A DNA stretch of 64,000 nucleotides. Origin: Eledone cirrhosa (Eukaryota). The stretch covers positions 343,046,001-343,110,000 of the forward strand of contig OZ024743.1 of NCBI GenBank assembly GCA_964016885.1. Direction: 5' to 3'. Below the pieces are notes generated by a model that had not been told where the DNA came from, ran no database searches, and was given only the letters and a program-made list of their open reading frames with translations. Every line of letters starts with the position of its first letter. Within the stretch, counting starts at the first letter, position 1. Both the position numbers and the translations under genes were made by a program. This document shows, piece by piece, positions 48,501 through 61,545 of the stretch.

Positions 48501-48569
48501 GTACGTGTACACATATATACATGCATATATATATATATACATATAGGATGGATTTGTAGCAGTGGGTAA

Positions 48570-50790
48570 TGCCTTGGTGCAGATGCCACTGACTAGATTC
48601 CGAACTGCCGCAAAACCTCTACATAGTACTCTTTGTTGACTGTCTGGCCATGGGCGACATGGTGGATGTAGATGATCCTCTTGCTGTCGAAGAATGGGAT
48701 CATCATGAGCTTCCCAGTGGGCCTGCTTTGCCTGTTTTCTTGGTTCTTCAGACACAGAAACTCACGCGTCTTGCGATGCATGAGGCAATCATAGTGTTCC
48801 ATCGCGTTCGGTCATCAGCCAGTTACACAGCGTCCCGCCATTGTCTGTTTATCGCTCGCAGGTCCCTCTCAACTGTCTGGCGCCAGTTCATTTTGGGTCG
48901 CCCTCTCCGTCTGCTTCCCTGCGGGCTCCATTTAAGTACTTGGTTCGCCAGTCTCTCCGAGGGAAGTCTCAAAGCGTGTCCAAACCAGCCCAGGCGTCGC
49001 TTGCAGATGGTAGAAGAGACTAGCTGCTGGTTGGTGCGGTTCCTGACTTCCTTGTTTGTTACATGGTCACTCCATTTAATCCCCAGGATCTTTCGCAGAT
49101 ATCTGGAATCGAATGCATCCAACTTCTTCTCTTGGCTGGTCTTAAGGTGCCATGTTTCACTTCCGTACAAGAGTTTGGACAGCACGTTGCTGTTGTAGAA
49201 TCTCATCTTTGTTTTGGGGGTAAACTTCCTGCTCTTCCAGATCTTGTCAAGCTGGTTAAATACTGAAGCCTTTCCCATTCTACATTGCAGTTCACTGTCC
49301 TTGGTGCCCTCATTGTTAATGGGGCTTCCTAGGTAGGTGAAGTTGTCCACTATCTCCACCTCCCCCTGTTCAATGAAGACACTGGTTGGTGGTGGGTGTG
49401 TCCCAGATAACATGCTTTTGGTCTTCTTGGCACTGATATTGAGACCTAAGCTTCCTGCTTCGACATTGATATTGTTCACAATGATTTGCAGGTCAGCTGT
49501 ACTCTCTGTAAGTGCAGCAATATCGTCCGCAAAGTCCAGGTCAGACAACTTTTGCTCTCCCACCCAAGATATACCCTGGTCTTTAGACGCTCTTCTTAGT
49601 ACCCAGTCAATGGTTATAGCAAAGATAATTGGAGAGAGCGAGCAACCTTGATCAGTAACCACCACAAACCAGTCACTGTAACCATCCTCTGTCCGTTGGA
49701 GTTTGCGTAAATCTGTTTGATTGCCGAAATGACTTTCTGGGGCAGACCATACTCATGCATGATGCTCCAGAGCGACGGTCGATGAATGCTATCGAATACT
49801 TTGGAGAAATCGATGAAGCTGATGGCGAGGGGCCTCTGGAATTCGTTGTACCTCTCAATGATGCGGCGTAGCGTAAAGATCTGCTCTGCACAGGAACGTT
49901 TTGGTCGGAACCCTGCCTGTTGTTCTCGCAGTTCCCGGTCTACCATGCCACGTATGCGGTTCAGGATCACCAGACAATAGACCTTCCCTGGTATGGAGAA
50001 AAGTGTCACTCCCCTCCAGTTGTCACAATCGGCAAGGTTGCCCTTCTTGGGGATACAGACAACCGCTCCGTTTCTCCAATCTTCTGGGACTTCACCCGTG
50101 TTCCACACAAGATTACATAAGTGGCCCATCCACTTGACCATGCTTTCGCCTCCTGACTTCAGCAGTTCAGCAGAAATGCCATCCATACCTGGTGACTTGT
50201 TATTCTTAAGGGTTTTGATGGCCATGCAGACTTCCTTCTCGGTGGGGTCATCAGTATTGATAGGTAACAAACTAGGTTCTTAGGTAGTCAGGATGTTTCC
50301 ATTGGGCACTTGGTCTTTTGGTCTCTGGATCATAACTGTAGACCCAGCTCTTGTCAGAGACTCAAGAACTCTTGGATTCGAAGGGATCCACTCGTTCATC
50401 TTCCTGCTGGCATCAACGCACCTCTGCCTTTGATCTTGAGAACAAACTTTTCACAAACTTTGCGCATATTCAAATCGTAATGAATAACTCTGTGCACAGT
50501 GCCCTCACCGACTACAAATTGTTTAGCAATTTTCAGAAGAGATACACGGCGGTCCTCGTCCAGAAATGTTGGCGTTCTGATGTCTCTCTCCCTGTCACAA
50601 CTCTCGTTGTCTCATCTGCTCCCTGTCCTCCTGGAAATTCCTGTGACAGCATAAAGGTGTCACCCGGCTCATGAACGTTAATCCGTAAGCAGTCTTAACC
50701 ATTTCCTAAGTTTCTATAGCATTCTTGCCGAGCTCGACACAAAACTTTATTGCATATCGAGCCTCCAGGCTGTTTTCACGTCCGACTGTA
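48570..50790 (-). mobile_element. Tc1/mariner transposase relic interrupted by an RTE insertion
   Basis: RYAIKFCVELGKNAIET (about 50710-50765), DKSWVYSYDPETKRPSAQWKH (about 50295-50355), KLMMIPFFDSK..GQTVNKEYYVEVL (about 48610-48715). TIRs not found. Confidence 0.85.
48749..50274 (-). mobile_element. 5'-truncated RTE LINE with 7-bp target-site duplication
   Basis: EQQAGFR, FIDFSKVFDS, QGCSLSP, LDFADD, FTYLGS, RRGRPK. GGTTCTT is present at 48742-48748 and 50275-50281. Confidence 0.92.
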
Positions 50791-51049
50791 TTGGGGAACC
50801 AGTCAACTGTGACAAGACGCGTACGGCGGGTAGTGTTTAAAGTGCTGTAGTGGCCCGAACCTTCAACCTGGAAAAGACGATTTGGCATTTTAGCTTAGTA
50901 TAACCATATCGAGGATGTATTGAGAAACAATTACGTAGGTCAATTAAAAGTACCTCAAAAGAAAAAGTCTGAAAACATATTGAATATATATATATATAAA
51001 GAAAGAGGGAGGGGGGAATAAGAATTGCAACTTTGGTACACTTTATTTC

Positions 51050-51133
51050 ATATTACAATAGTTTCTATATCGCTCAACTCGGGTTTGATCATGTGATTGG
51101 ATCCCGACTCTTAATCGACATTTCTTCAGATAT
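51050..51133 (-). ncRNA. Hammerhead motif with extended stem II, isolated between TA runs
   Basis: AUAU-CUGAAGA-a(AUGUCG..UCGGG..CCCGA..CGAUAU)a-GAAA-CUAUUG-UA-AUAU. Confidence 0.65.
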
Positions 51134-51136
51134 CCA

Positions 51137-51170
<34 letters not shown>

Positions 51171-51172
<2 letters not shown>

Positions 51173-51632
51173 GGGGTAACAGATTATTGTTATAGGTAGT
51201 CCACTTAGGTGTAGTCCAGTTATGGTACTCCTCCGAGTAGTGGATGATATCAACGCTTGGCTAAGTTTGACTCAACAAGGCGTTTCCATAGTGATGTTGC
51301 GAGTACGCTGTAATTTCTATGTTGTAAACACTTGGAGTAATGATAAATCAGGAAAGAAGAGTGACACGGTTTGCTATACAAAAAAGGTTTTTAACCTCAT
51401 TGCTGACAATTGTTTCTCTGAACTGGTAGGTCTAGAGATCGCTACCCGCTTGTTTTCACGTTATTCGATCACTAATACAAAGTTATAACCAGTCAATTCA
51501 TCGGAGCTTGTGAGAATGAAAGGAATATACAGGCACGGCTAACGATCTCTAGACCTACCAGTTCAGAGAAACAATTGTCAGCAATGAGATTAAAAACCTT
51601 TTTTGTATAGCAAACCGTGTCACTCTTCTTTC

Positions 51633-51635
<3 letters not shown>
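51171..51635 (-). repeat. Solo pseudo-LTR-like fragment with ~98-bp inverted arm
   Basis: About 51350-51449 is the reverse complement of about 51536-51634. Flanked by (TA)n. Confidence 0.8.
51402..51507 (-). ncRNA. Degenerate hammerhead motif with ~80-nt stem II
   Basis: GCU-CCGAUGA-(GACUGGU..ACCAGUU)-GAAA-CAAUUG-UC-AGC, with a U4C change. Confidence 0.5.
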
Positions 51636-51668
<33 letters not shown>

Positions 51669-52939
51669 CAATCGAAGAGAGAGAAAAGTGAAGAATTTAA
51701 AAAATGTTGTATGAATGAGGCGGGTTCAAATTCGACAACTACGTCCCTCCAACAAGATGGTGAAAACAGCCAGTGATACCCGTTACATCAGTCATTCCAC
51801 GCACAAAAAGGAAACGGGTATTCAATGTCTGTTTACAAATACAAATGATATTTTCTCTGATGTCTATCATTAAATTTCCGTCGGTGTCGACCGTCTCCCT
51901 CACAATACTCCGAGGAAACGCCCTCTCTATTCTGTCCGCCGGGGCCGCAGGGCGACCAGCGAGTGGGGCCCCATTTGCTTATAATAGTGATAGACGGGGG
52001 GAGCGGGATAGATGGAGGCAGTGACTGTGGGAGTTTGGTTCCATTGTGTTAGGAACTTGTGTATATGTATATGTTTATTTACCACATCGCATTAGGACAA
52101 TTAAACACTTGTAATTCACATGGAATAAAAAAAAGTATTCAGTTATCCTATCAACTGAACTACCGACTCGTTGAATTAGCATTTAAATGGTTGAGTAAAG
52201 GAAATGTTTAACCATTCTACCATGCTATGTACAATTGTTTGAATACACGCGTTAAATAAAGAAACAGATATGAGAGAACTAAACAAAACAGACAATACTT
52301 AGAATAAACTACAACACACACACAAATGAAAGTAAAGGTTACTAAGGAATATTATAGATACATTAAAAATACACTAATACAAAAAATAAAGTGATAGGCA
52401 TCAAATACCTTAGCTGTTCCAGTAATAGGCAGTAATAAGTTATAGTTATAATATTTTATAATACAATAGACTAGACAAAAAATAATATAGCTACAAATTG
52501 ATGCAAAAGCTGGTGTCTGTTTTCAAGGAACACTACAAATATATAACAGCGGCTACGATAAACACGAAAGAAAATTAACAACAGAAGCTATGAATAAGCT
52601 AAAATCTAAATTCAAAAGGGCATTACAAAATGTCATGCTAAGGTGTTTGCAAGAAATAATCTATATAGCCAATACTTGGCAATATTCTACAGTTGTATTT
52701 GGGTAAAGACAGACTTCGGCAATGGCTGAGACTCGCATGACACAGAGTTGAGACTGAAAGACGTTTGACGACGGTACAGAGTGAAATCTAACAAGAAACT
52801 TATAATGAATCAGAACCGAACAATTAATTATGTTGTTTCTGACTGCTCAGTTTTAGTTGAGAAAGATTGCAACTAAAGCCATGTCAGAAATCCTACAATC
52901 TAAAACAATCTCCACAGCATTGGCTGCTTTGGGAATTAT

Positions 52940-53145
52940 AGTTTCTAATTTAGGTAGAAGGTCAACAATTCGAGAAGAGTGGAATGTTGATCGTATTGAC
53001 CCTAGTACTTGACTGAAATTTTATTTTACCGATCTCGGAAAGATGTAAAGCAAAGTTGACCTCGGCGAGATTCGAACTCAGAACGTAAAGTACCAGAAGA
53101 AATGTCGTAATGTATTTTGTCTGAGGCTCTAACGAATCTGCAAAG
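52940..53145 (-). mobile_element. tRNA-derived SINE, longer variant
   Basis: AAAGTTGACCTCGGCGAGATTCGAACTCAGA core shared with the other copies. Confidence 0.65.
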
Positions 53146-53329
53146 CGTGCTTTGGAAATAATAATAAAAAATATGATACATGACCAATACTGGGGGCGGG
53201 TGATCACACAATGAAAAATCACAGGACTCAAAAGAGAGACTGGAGATTTTTTTTATTGTGGATTAGAGGAAGATCAAAAAGCCTTCCCAACAAAACTATG
53301 AAATAAAACAGAATATATGGTTGTCTGGT

Positions 53330-53606
53330 TTTTCAGACTTAACCAAGAAATAATATATCTACATGCATGAAAAGGCTGGGGCGCTCATATACTGGAAGTT
53401 ATGCTAGCTTTATGAAATACCAACAGAAAAGAGGTGGTATAAACATTCACCAGAATAGGTTTCAGAGGATAACACAGCGGCCATACTTTGGAATATGGCA
53501 ATTCTCATTCACATGAAGATCAAGGTTAATCTGCCGAGCACTGTTGTCAAAGGTCACCGGGAAAGGAAGTGCCTTCTAATTGACGTGTCAGTCAAAACAG
53601 ATAATA
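53330..53606 (+). mobile_element. Decayed R2/R4-type non-LTR fragment (restriction-like endonuclease)
   Basis: HEKAGALIYWKLC..WYKHSPE..ILWNMAI..KVNLPSTVVK..KCLLIDVSV resembles the RLE RH...PD...D motif region. Contains stops. Confidence 0.6.
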
Positions 53607-53735
53607 ATTGTTTATACTTTTGGCACAAGGCCAGCAATTACTCCAGTGTATTACTGGTACTTTATTTTATCGATCCTGTAAGGTTGAAAGGTAAAGTTAA
53701 CTTCGGCGGGATTTGAACTCAGATCATAAAGGGTT
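53604..53735 (-). mobile_element. tRNA-derived SINE copy
   Basis: Similar to 14385-14530. Confidence 0.7.
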
Positions 53736-53817
53736 ATCTCTAAAAATAAATAAAAAATTAAAAAATTGACTAAATATAAAGGATCTTCAAATCGAGATAG
53801 CCAGAATGTGGCAGTAA

Positions 53818-53850
<33 letters not shown>

Positions 53851-54693
53851 AAAAAATCAACATCTTTAGCAATAAATTATTTTCAAAATATTTTCAATAT
53901 ACCAAGACTTATAAATATACACAATATGCGTAAGCTAGCACTGCTGGGTACAGTGCGTCACATATTACATAGAGTAATGTCAGGGTAATAGAAAACACAG
54001 AAACAAAACATAACACTGCATGTACCCAAGATTCATAGAGCTGCGCTCGCATGTACAGTGAAAGTACGCAATAAAAGTAAGATAGCTAAAGAAGAAGAAC
54101 AAAAACAACAGCAGTAGCAGCATTGGTAGAACGTAATATGAGAATAAACACAATAAACACTCCAAAAGAAAAACAGGATGATGTAAAAATGTAAAACAAT
54201 ATTGATAAGTGCAGAAAGAAAACTCAAAATATAATGAAATGAAAGGAAAATAAAGAAAACCACTTTACGTCTATCTGAATTGACGATGTCTCAGGAGGGA
54301 AAAAGTTTTCTTCAGTTTAAAATCAACAAATGTTTTTGTAACTGTTTCACAATAAGAAATATCATTGAGAACCTGTTTTGTTTTGTTGAACCTGTTTATC
54401 TCGAAATATAACTTATGGTTTAATCACTTAGGAGTGGATTGAACAATAATGGTTCATGTTGCCAAAACATAAATATTGACCTGATTATTTAATAAGAATG
54501 TAGTCTACATTGACCTACCACCCGCGTGATGCATGTAGAATGCTGCATTAGATTTTTGCATATCAGCGGAGGAATTGTGTGTGTATGTGTTTACGCACAC
54601 ACATATACTATACACGAATGGTCTTTGTAATTGTTAAGATATGATATTGAACAGGCTGAGTCATCTGATTTTAGTCTACACCCAGATTGTATC

Positions 54694-54701
54694 TATAAAA
54701 G
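54694..54701 (+). promoter_or_regulatory. Candidate TATA box
   Basis: TATAAAAG about 130 bp upstream of the ATG, with an initiator-like TCAG about 30 nt downstream of it. Confidence 0.55.
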
Positions 54702-54824
54702 CGCCTTGCTTTTCACAGAGTTTCGTCAGAGCCACTTGAGTCACGACGGTTCTTCTCAAATTTATTATATAATTTGTCTTTCATTTCTTTCTACAAAGTT
54801 TTCAACAAAATCCACACTTGCAAT

Positions 54825-55101
54825 ATGTACAAGTATCTCGCAATACTTGCTCTCGTAGCAATAGTAGCATTGGGATACTCAGAGGCTAACATATGCCAAA
54901 GTTACAAATCCAGCACTCTTGCAGTATACGTAAGGGACCAGCACAATTGCAGTGCCTATGATATTTGTTTCGGTGGTAGATCCTTGGGCAAAGTAGCTTG
55001 TCCAAGTGAGCTAGTCTTCTCCATTAATTTGAAGGTATGCGTCAGAAAAGGCCAGGAAAACGATGACTGCAACACAACTGAGACTCTTGGAGGTATTTAT
55101 G
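54825..55101 (+). CDS. Exon 1: signal peptide plus peritrophin-A/CBM14 chitin-binding domain 1
   Basis: MYKYLAILALVAIVALGYSEA, then a 6-Cys domain (C..NCSAYDIC..CPSELVFS..C..C). Donor G|GTAAGT at 55101/55102, phase 1. Confidence 0.85.
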
Positions 55102-56227
55102 GTAAGTCAATACTGATTGAACATCAATTTTTATTATCATCCTTAATACTACTATTAATAATAATACTATATAATCCATTATTTTATGTACGGAATAAGG
55201 AAAATTTGGTTTCTTCAGCAAATTTTAAAAAAGCTGGTATATCTGTGTTCAATGTACGCTTAATAGCGGTTTTGTTTCTTTATGTCCCGAAAGTTATCAA
55301 ACATATATAGTGTATATGTGACATGGACAAAAATGCTATATACTTATTATAATATAAATAATTATCAATCAATATTTTTTATCTTTTCAGTATTACTACT
55401 ACTTATGTTTGCTTTCATGATAAGGGTTGGCTCAAATGTATTAACCCGTACTATGACTTTTTAGTTATTTTGGTTTGGTTCCTCAATTATTCCGAGTTAA
55501 AACTTTGCCAGGTTTAACTTTTCCATAATTTCAGAAATTAATAAGTTCCAGTAATATATTTGATACCATTCAGTAAACCACAATAGACCACTATTCAGTT
55601 GACTACTTTTCGTGTCATTACGATAGTCTCTTGTACTTTAATGAAACAAGCCATTACGTATTGAACTATTTCACATTCTTTTTTTGGTTTCGTATGGAGA
55701 TGCCATATACCTAATGCTTTACTGAATTTGATCTCTTTTTGCTGTTATGGTTGTATTTTTGTTAAATTATTATTGGTTTAGTCTGTAGAAATAACTATGG
55801 CCATGGCTTTTACAGTCTAAAGATCGGTGAGATGAATACGATCAACTATTAAACAGTGGCATGTCAACAGAGGGATAGGCTCCGACAGGCTTAAAATGTC
55901 CAAGAAACGCCGTATGTCAATACGGTGCCCCTACGGCTCTATCGGGAGTTACGGGACCATACATACATGTCAACAGCAGCAAGAAAAATTACTGAGAAAC
56001 GACGGGGCATAACGGTTAGTACAATGGACAGAATATGGTTGCCGAGAGGGGAGGGGATACCTGAGTATAACAAAACGAGCCAGTACAGAGGAGCAAAAGG
56101 GCAGATTGAGTAGACCAAAGGTTATCAGCCGTCCAGAGATCAAATCTCGCCAACGCCAATGAATTTTTAACAATGTTATTCAGTACTTTATTTTTTTTTT
56201 TTTTTTGTGCCAGAAAAAGAAACTAAT

Positions 56228-56430
56228 ATCTAAACAGAATATCTAAACAGAATAATATCTAAACAGAATAACATCTAAACAGAATAACATCTAAACAGAA
56301 TAACATCTAAACAGAATAACATCTAAACAGAATAACATCTAAACAGAATAACATCTAAACAGAATAACATCTAAACAGAATAACATCTAAACAGAATAAC
56401 ATCTAGACAGAATAATATCTAGACAGAATA
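56228..56430. repeat. 16-bp minisatellite (ATCTAAACAGAATAAC), about 12 copies, intronic
   Basis: Seen directly. Confidence 0.95.
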
Positions 56431-57758
56431 AAATAGGATCGTTTCAAAATAATTCTCTCAAATTAGAAATGTCATTTGTTAAAAGTAAAGGTAAAGTATA
56501 AAATCTGAAACAAAAAGAAACTAGCTTCTTTCGGTTTCAGATGTTATACTCATGTAGCTTGTAGTGTCGAAGGGTTATTAAATAGAAAATTCTTTATTAA
56601 AAAATTTTAATTAAATTGTATGTTTTTTATAACAATAAAATTGTTCCTACTTTTGGCACAAGGCCAGCAATAATCCAGTGCATTACTGGTACTTTATTTT
56701 ATCGACCCCCCCCCCCCCCCCCCCCCGTAAGGATGAAAGGCAAAGTTAGCCTCGGCGGATTTTGAACTTGGTCCGTAAAGGGACGTAGCTCTATGCTGGA
56801 AAGCATGGCGTCCGACCCTCTACCGATACTGCCAATCCAAAAGTGAGGGGAGGGGGCGTCAGACTCTACACTCCAGCGAAAGTATTGCCACTCTCTGACA
56901 CACACGCTGCATTAGCCTCTCTTTCCCCCCCCCCTCCCGAGGGATGTTTCTTTGGGGTGGGATGCACTCCTCCCAATTTTGCAGAGGAAAACGGCAGTTC
57001 GGGGACCAAAACACCAGAGGTTTCGACAGTGACACACAAAAAGGAAGCAGTTGATCAAGTCCCAGTGTTCGGATATCTTTAGTGTGGTTATTATGGTTGA
57101 AATAAAAATCCAGCCAATCACTTCACGAAGCATCTTGAGCTGCACCACATATACAATCCTTCCTTTGCGATAACGTATGTGATTTAGGAAGACCGTAACT
57201 AGACTGGCATAATTTTGGAAGAAATAAGATACTTATTACCCATCAATTTATTTGGATAGATTGTTCACTGTTGACACGAAAAATGATAGAAAAATCTTAA
57301 CCTACTATCTGTACCTCCATGTCTTGTGAACTATTTCTAATCAAAATCAAACTTGTCTAATGAAAGTCTCGTCCACTAAGTAATCAAGTATAAAATCCCT
57401 TATTAGTGTTTGCTAACATTTAGCTCGGTTAACTTCTGAGGTAAAGCTCACTTTCAACATGTTTAACCCGCCTCATTGATATTTTTAACCTACGTTTCCT
57501 TTGTCTTGTTATAAATTCTAACCAGCAAGAGTTTTTTGTACCTTTCTAAAGAAAGCTATGTCTTTTCTGCGTTACTATTGATATGAGTACCAGCAGCAGC
57601 TGGAAGGGAGTAACCTTGTGACAGACGGACGTCTTATACTCTGTCACATGAAACCAGGGTAAGATTTGATCTGATGAGCCCCTTGTCTCAAGAAAGATTT
57701 TAACAAATGACACTTCTAATTTGAGAGAATTATTTTGAAACGATCCTATTTTATTCTG
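56424..57758. repeat. Intronic ~61-bp inverted repeat pair (56424-56484 / 57698-57758)
   Basis: CAGAATAAAATAGGATCGTTTCAAAATAATTCTCTCAAATTAGAA.. and its reverse complement, one mismatch. Confidence 0.85.
56638..56835 (-). mobile_element. tRNA-derived SINE copy with expanded C-run
   Basis: Similar to 14385-14530. Confidence 0.7.
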
Positions 57759-59329
57759 CCTATATATTAGTAGTTTTTATGGCTGAGCTTTGAAAATATA
57801 TACAATTAGATAAGATGTGATACATTTCTCTCGGTTTCGCGGGACGTTGTATATATCAATTTATGTATTGTATATTTTCTTTGTTTAGGCATCATAACTG
57901 TTCAGATTAAACTCTGTATTTTGTAACTATGCTAAACGTCGATTGAATCTGGGAGAATTCTACTTTCTCTGAGAGCCTTAAGTCTCTTGTATAAATATTT
58001 GAAATTATAACGAGCTGTACGAATTTTTGTACGAGTCCTTCCGCAGTTTATCAAACAGATAGATATTTCACCCTTGACTGTCTTTTGGTATAAGGATAAC
58101 TGATTTCCATGTTGAAATGGCGCTTTGTTCTGTTTAGAATGATAAAATCTGTTTTACCTTCAATTCATTTAAGTTTTAACGATTTTCCACAAATATTTCT
58201 TATAAACATACCAAATACATTAAGATTTGTTAGAATCTTGTAAGTATCCATTTACGGTAGTATGAACGGTTCTTGTCTTAATGTCATTTTCATAATGCTG
58301 TCGTTTAATCCCAAGTCAGTCTTGATCCAGTAAATCTGTGTTCAGAGTTACAAGCGGTAACCGTTCCGTCATTTATTTTTTTCAGTTCTTGGCTATCTAG
58401 GATTATTTTATATAATGTATAATTTTTTTTTATTATTTTAAAGATTTGTAGTGGGATTTGAGAAATTTGGCTGCTATTACTAGCAAGCCGAGTAGCCATT
58501 TAAAGGCTTCTCGTGTTTCTTATACTGTTATTTTTAAACAATTCCATTTGGTAGACTACTTTTAAATAAATAATACCTATGTCTATAGTCATCTCTTTCG
58601 TGTCATAAGCTATACAGTTACTATCCCTTGCTCCAGCTTAACACAATTATATTTTTATTTGTACAAAATAACTGATAAACTTCGTTATATAAAGTATATA
58701 TGTTGACACAGTAACTCTGCTTGATTACTTACTGGATAATTGCATAAAGCGGTTAATAGCTTAATTTTCAAACACCAATTTGTTTAGTATCAAATCTAAA
58801 ATCTCATATTTTAACACCAACTATACAATTTCAATGTTATACTCTGGTTAATTGTATAAAAGTTTCAATCACTGAGGCTATGCAATTAGATGAAATATAT
58901 CATATCAATAACTAAGATCCGGTATTATATCGCCTTAATATTCTGATGTTCAGAGCATATCTCCAGAACTATGAATTAATATTTGTCTTCAATAGTTCTG
59001 AATTGACATTGTCCTTATGCTTTCAGGAAATAACTATTTTCAATTCAAATTGATACTTTCTTCATCTTTAAAGAAGGGGTTGATCTGAAGGCAGGACTTG
59101 TGTCCATAATCTTCATTAGTCCTCTGCGACCAGGATGATCGATTCTTTTAACATTCCTCTTAAACCGTTTCAAATAGACAGTCGCAAGAAGAAATATGTT
59201 CAGTGAGAGAATGCCAAAGTGTAAAGACAGACCTGGTATGATGATTAATATGAAGCCTAGTGGATGGACATGTGCGTGATGAGAAGGCGAGGGAGTGAGT
59301 CGTGAAACCTCGAGTGAAGGTAGTCGGTC

Positions 59330-59650
59330 AAGTCAGCATTGAAGATGAAAGGCCACTGTAGTACTGTCGAGTATGTAGAAAGAGGAGACCACATGTCAAT
59401 AAACCAGAGACTGCAAATTAGTCGAGTGGCTCTGCCGATCTTTGGATGCAGCTTAGGATCTAAAGAGACTCATTCATTAGATGAGAGGAATTAAGTCCAC
59501 GAGCGGGCAGTTCTTCCAGGAGATTTGTATTCCAGACGATCGAATGCTTTCTTAGTGTACAGCAATACTGTTTTCACCAAATTTCTCAATGACGGAGACG
59601 AAAGCTGATTGGTGAGTAATATCAAAGGGTGTTGATACAAAGAAAGCTAT
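59330..59650 (-). mobile_element. Highly decayed LINE RT fragment
   Basis: Minus strand near 59510-59575 reads TKKAFDR followed by a frameshifted WNTNLL-like segment. Confidence 0.3.
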
Positions 59651-60305
59651 TTGTATATATGAGTGTAGCGGAAACAAATTAGTCAAGTAGATAATGTATT
59701 GAGCCATCAACACATTACTTGTGAGTTCAAATTTTTTCTGCAGCAGTTCTTTTGTCTGTTGTCCACCTAAATAGAAAACATATTAGGAGATATTGTTTTC
59801 AATTGACTGGCATAATATCCATGAACAGGTTTATCTCCCATTTAGTTAATGCCAGAAATTGAAACCGACGATATACTTATAATTCAGACTGACACTCTTT
59901 AGCAAATCTGTGTATCTTATATATATATATATATATATATATTTACTCTTTTCCCTATTAAGTGTCTACTACTTCCCTATGAGTAACCATACGGCTATAG
60001 GTTGACTTTTATCGTTATACCCAAATAGAAGGTACCTTGTCCATAACTCTTGCGTTATGAGTCATGTCACTTATGCTTAAAAATTTGCTACATCAGCAGT
60101 TGGATGTTTATGTAGATAAACATTGACTGGAAGGAATGTCAGTGATGAGATGGTTCGCGAAAGGAAAACTGCTAATGATGTATGGTAAGGGGTTTAATCG
60201 CAAAGGAGCATTAGTTTGAATAAGAATTATTCAAACCAATGCGATAATTCGAATAGAAGTAATTAGCATATCCATTGGGAGAAGCTGAGTGAAAGATGCT
60301 ATTTA

Positions 60306-60475
60306 ATAATTGTTTCTACTTTTGGCACAAGGCCAGCAATTACTCAGTGCATTACTGGTACTTTATTTTATCGACCCCGTAAGGATGAAAGGCAAAGTCA
60401 ACCTCGGCGGGATTTGAACTCAGATCGTAAAGGGACGTAACTATGCTGGAAAGCATAGCGTCCGACTCTCTACTA
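60306..60475 (-). mobile_element. tRNA-derived SINE copy
   Basis: Near-identical to 14385-14530. Confidence 0.75.
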
Positions 60476-60844
60476 TATATAAATGTTATAAATCCGCAAC
60501 TGGCATTTTCTAATAGATCATATTAATCCTTCATAATATCCCCTAAAAGCAACTGAGCAAACTTAGTGGCAGACATAATCCGTCACCCAGTTTGACGCCA
60601 CCACCTGGCCCTTGAGTGCATTTAATGGGGTCCTCCTTCTCTCCATCTCTCTAGTCTCAGAGATCTTGAAAATAATTGCCCTTCCCTCCTTGACTAAACA
60701 GTAAATAAAAACGGAAACAATTTGAAAACCCTCACGAGAATATTTAGTTTTGTTTTGTCATTGATTAATGTTTTTCATTTCTTCGACATTTTAATTGTTT
60801 TATGGTATCTTTCATAAAACTTTCACTTTATTTATACACTACAG

Positions 60845-61021
60845 ATGATCCTTTGTGTAACGACTACCCGAGTGGAAATAACAGAAACCCAAACAATTGC
60901 CACAGTTATATCCCATGCTTTAACCATACTTCGATGACTGTAATGCAGTGTCCAGAGACTCTTCAGTTTAGTCTTAAGCTTCAGAGATGTGTACACAGAG
61001 ATGATTCTGATTGCAAACTCA
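60845..61021 (+). CDS. Exon 2: peritrophin-A/CBM14 domain 2
   Basis: ACAG| acceptor with matching phase 1. Peptide DPLCNDYPSGNNRNPNNCHSYIPC..CPETLQFS..C..DC. Donor A|GTAAAT. Confidence 0.85.
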
Positions 61022-61419
61022 GTAAATATCTTTCTTAAAAAAATCACGTTTAATGTTGTTGAAAATAAAATTCCGTTTTTGTCGATACATTTTATTCTTC
61101 ACATCTGCAGACGCTTATTTCCAACGTTTATAAAGTTGAGTGGATTCTTTTAAATCTAACTATTCTTGTAGACTGGTGAGATTATTGCTCGGTAGTAAGA
61201 ATTCTATGCTAACTATGAGCGAAAATTACGATTAAGATTCAGTGGGTCATGAAAATGAAAAGAAATAAACGAAACTTAGCTTCTTGATGTCTAATCGAAT
61301 CGTGATGTAGTTTAGTGTGGTAATTGATGCAATGAATTATCTATAATTACCACTGTTAAAATGTATCTACAGTAATCAAGGCTTTTTACTATCTACAATA
61401 ATAAAACAGCGAACAAGTA

Positions 61420-61545
61420 TGGTGGTTAGTACGTTAGATAGAATGTCATGCGGTATTCATTCTGGCTCTCTGCACATTGAGTTCAAATCACGCCGAGATC
61501 TATTTTCTCTTTCCTCTTCTGGGGATCGATAAATAAAACGGGACC
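61420..61545 (+). mobile_element. Diverged SINE copy in opposite orientation
   Basis: TGAGTTCAAATCACGCCGAG..GGGGATCGATAAATAAA. Confidence 0.55.

Noticed and set aside
55102-55310. Hydrophobic C-terminal extension of the 54774 ORF as a transmembrane anchor
   Set aside because: It lies past a consensus GTAAGT donor in AT-rich intron-like sequence.
56228-56430. Regular short repeats resembling a CRISPR array
   Set aside because: Head-to-tail 16-mers with no unique spacers, in a eukaryotic intron.
57671-57700. CTGATGAG...GAAA hammerhead-like string
   Set aside because: Stem II does not pair. The context looks like a SINE tail.
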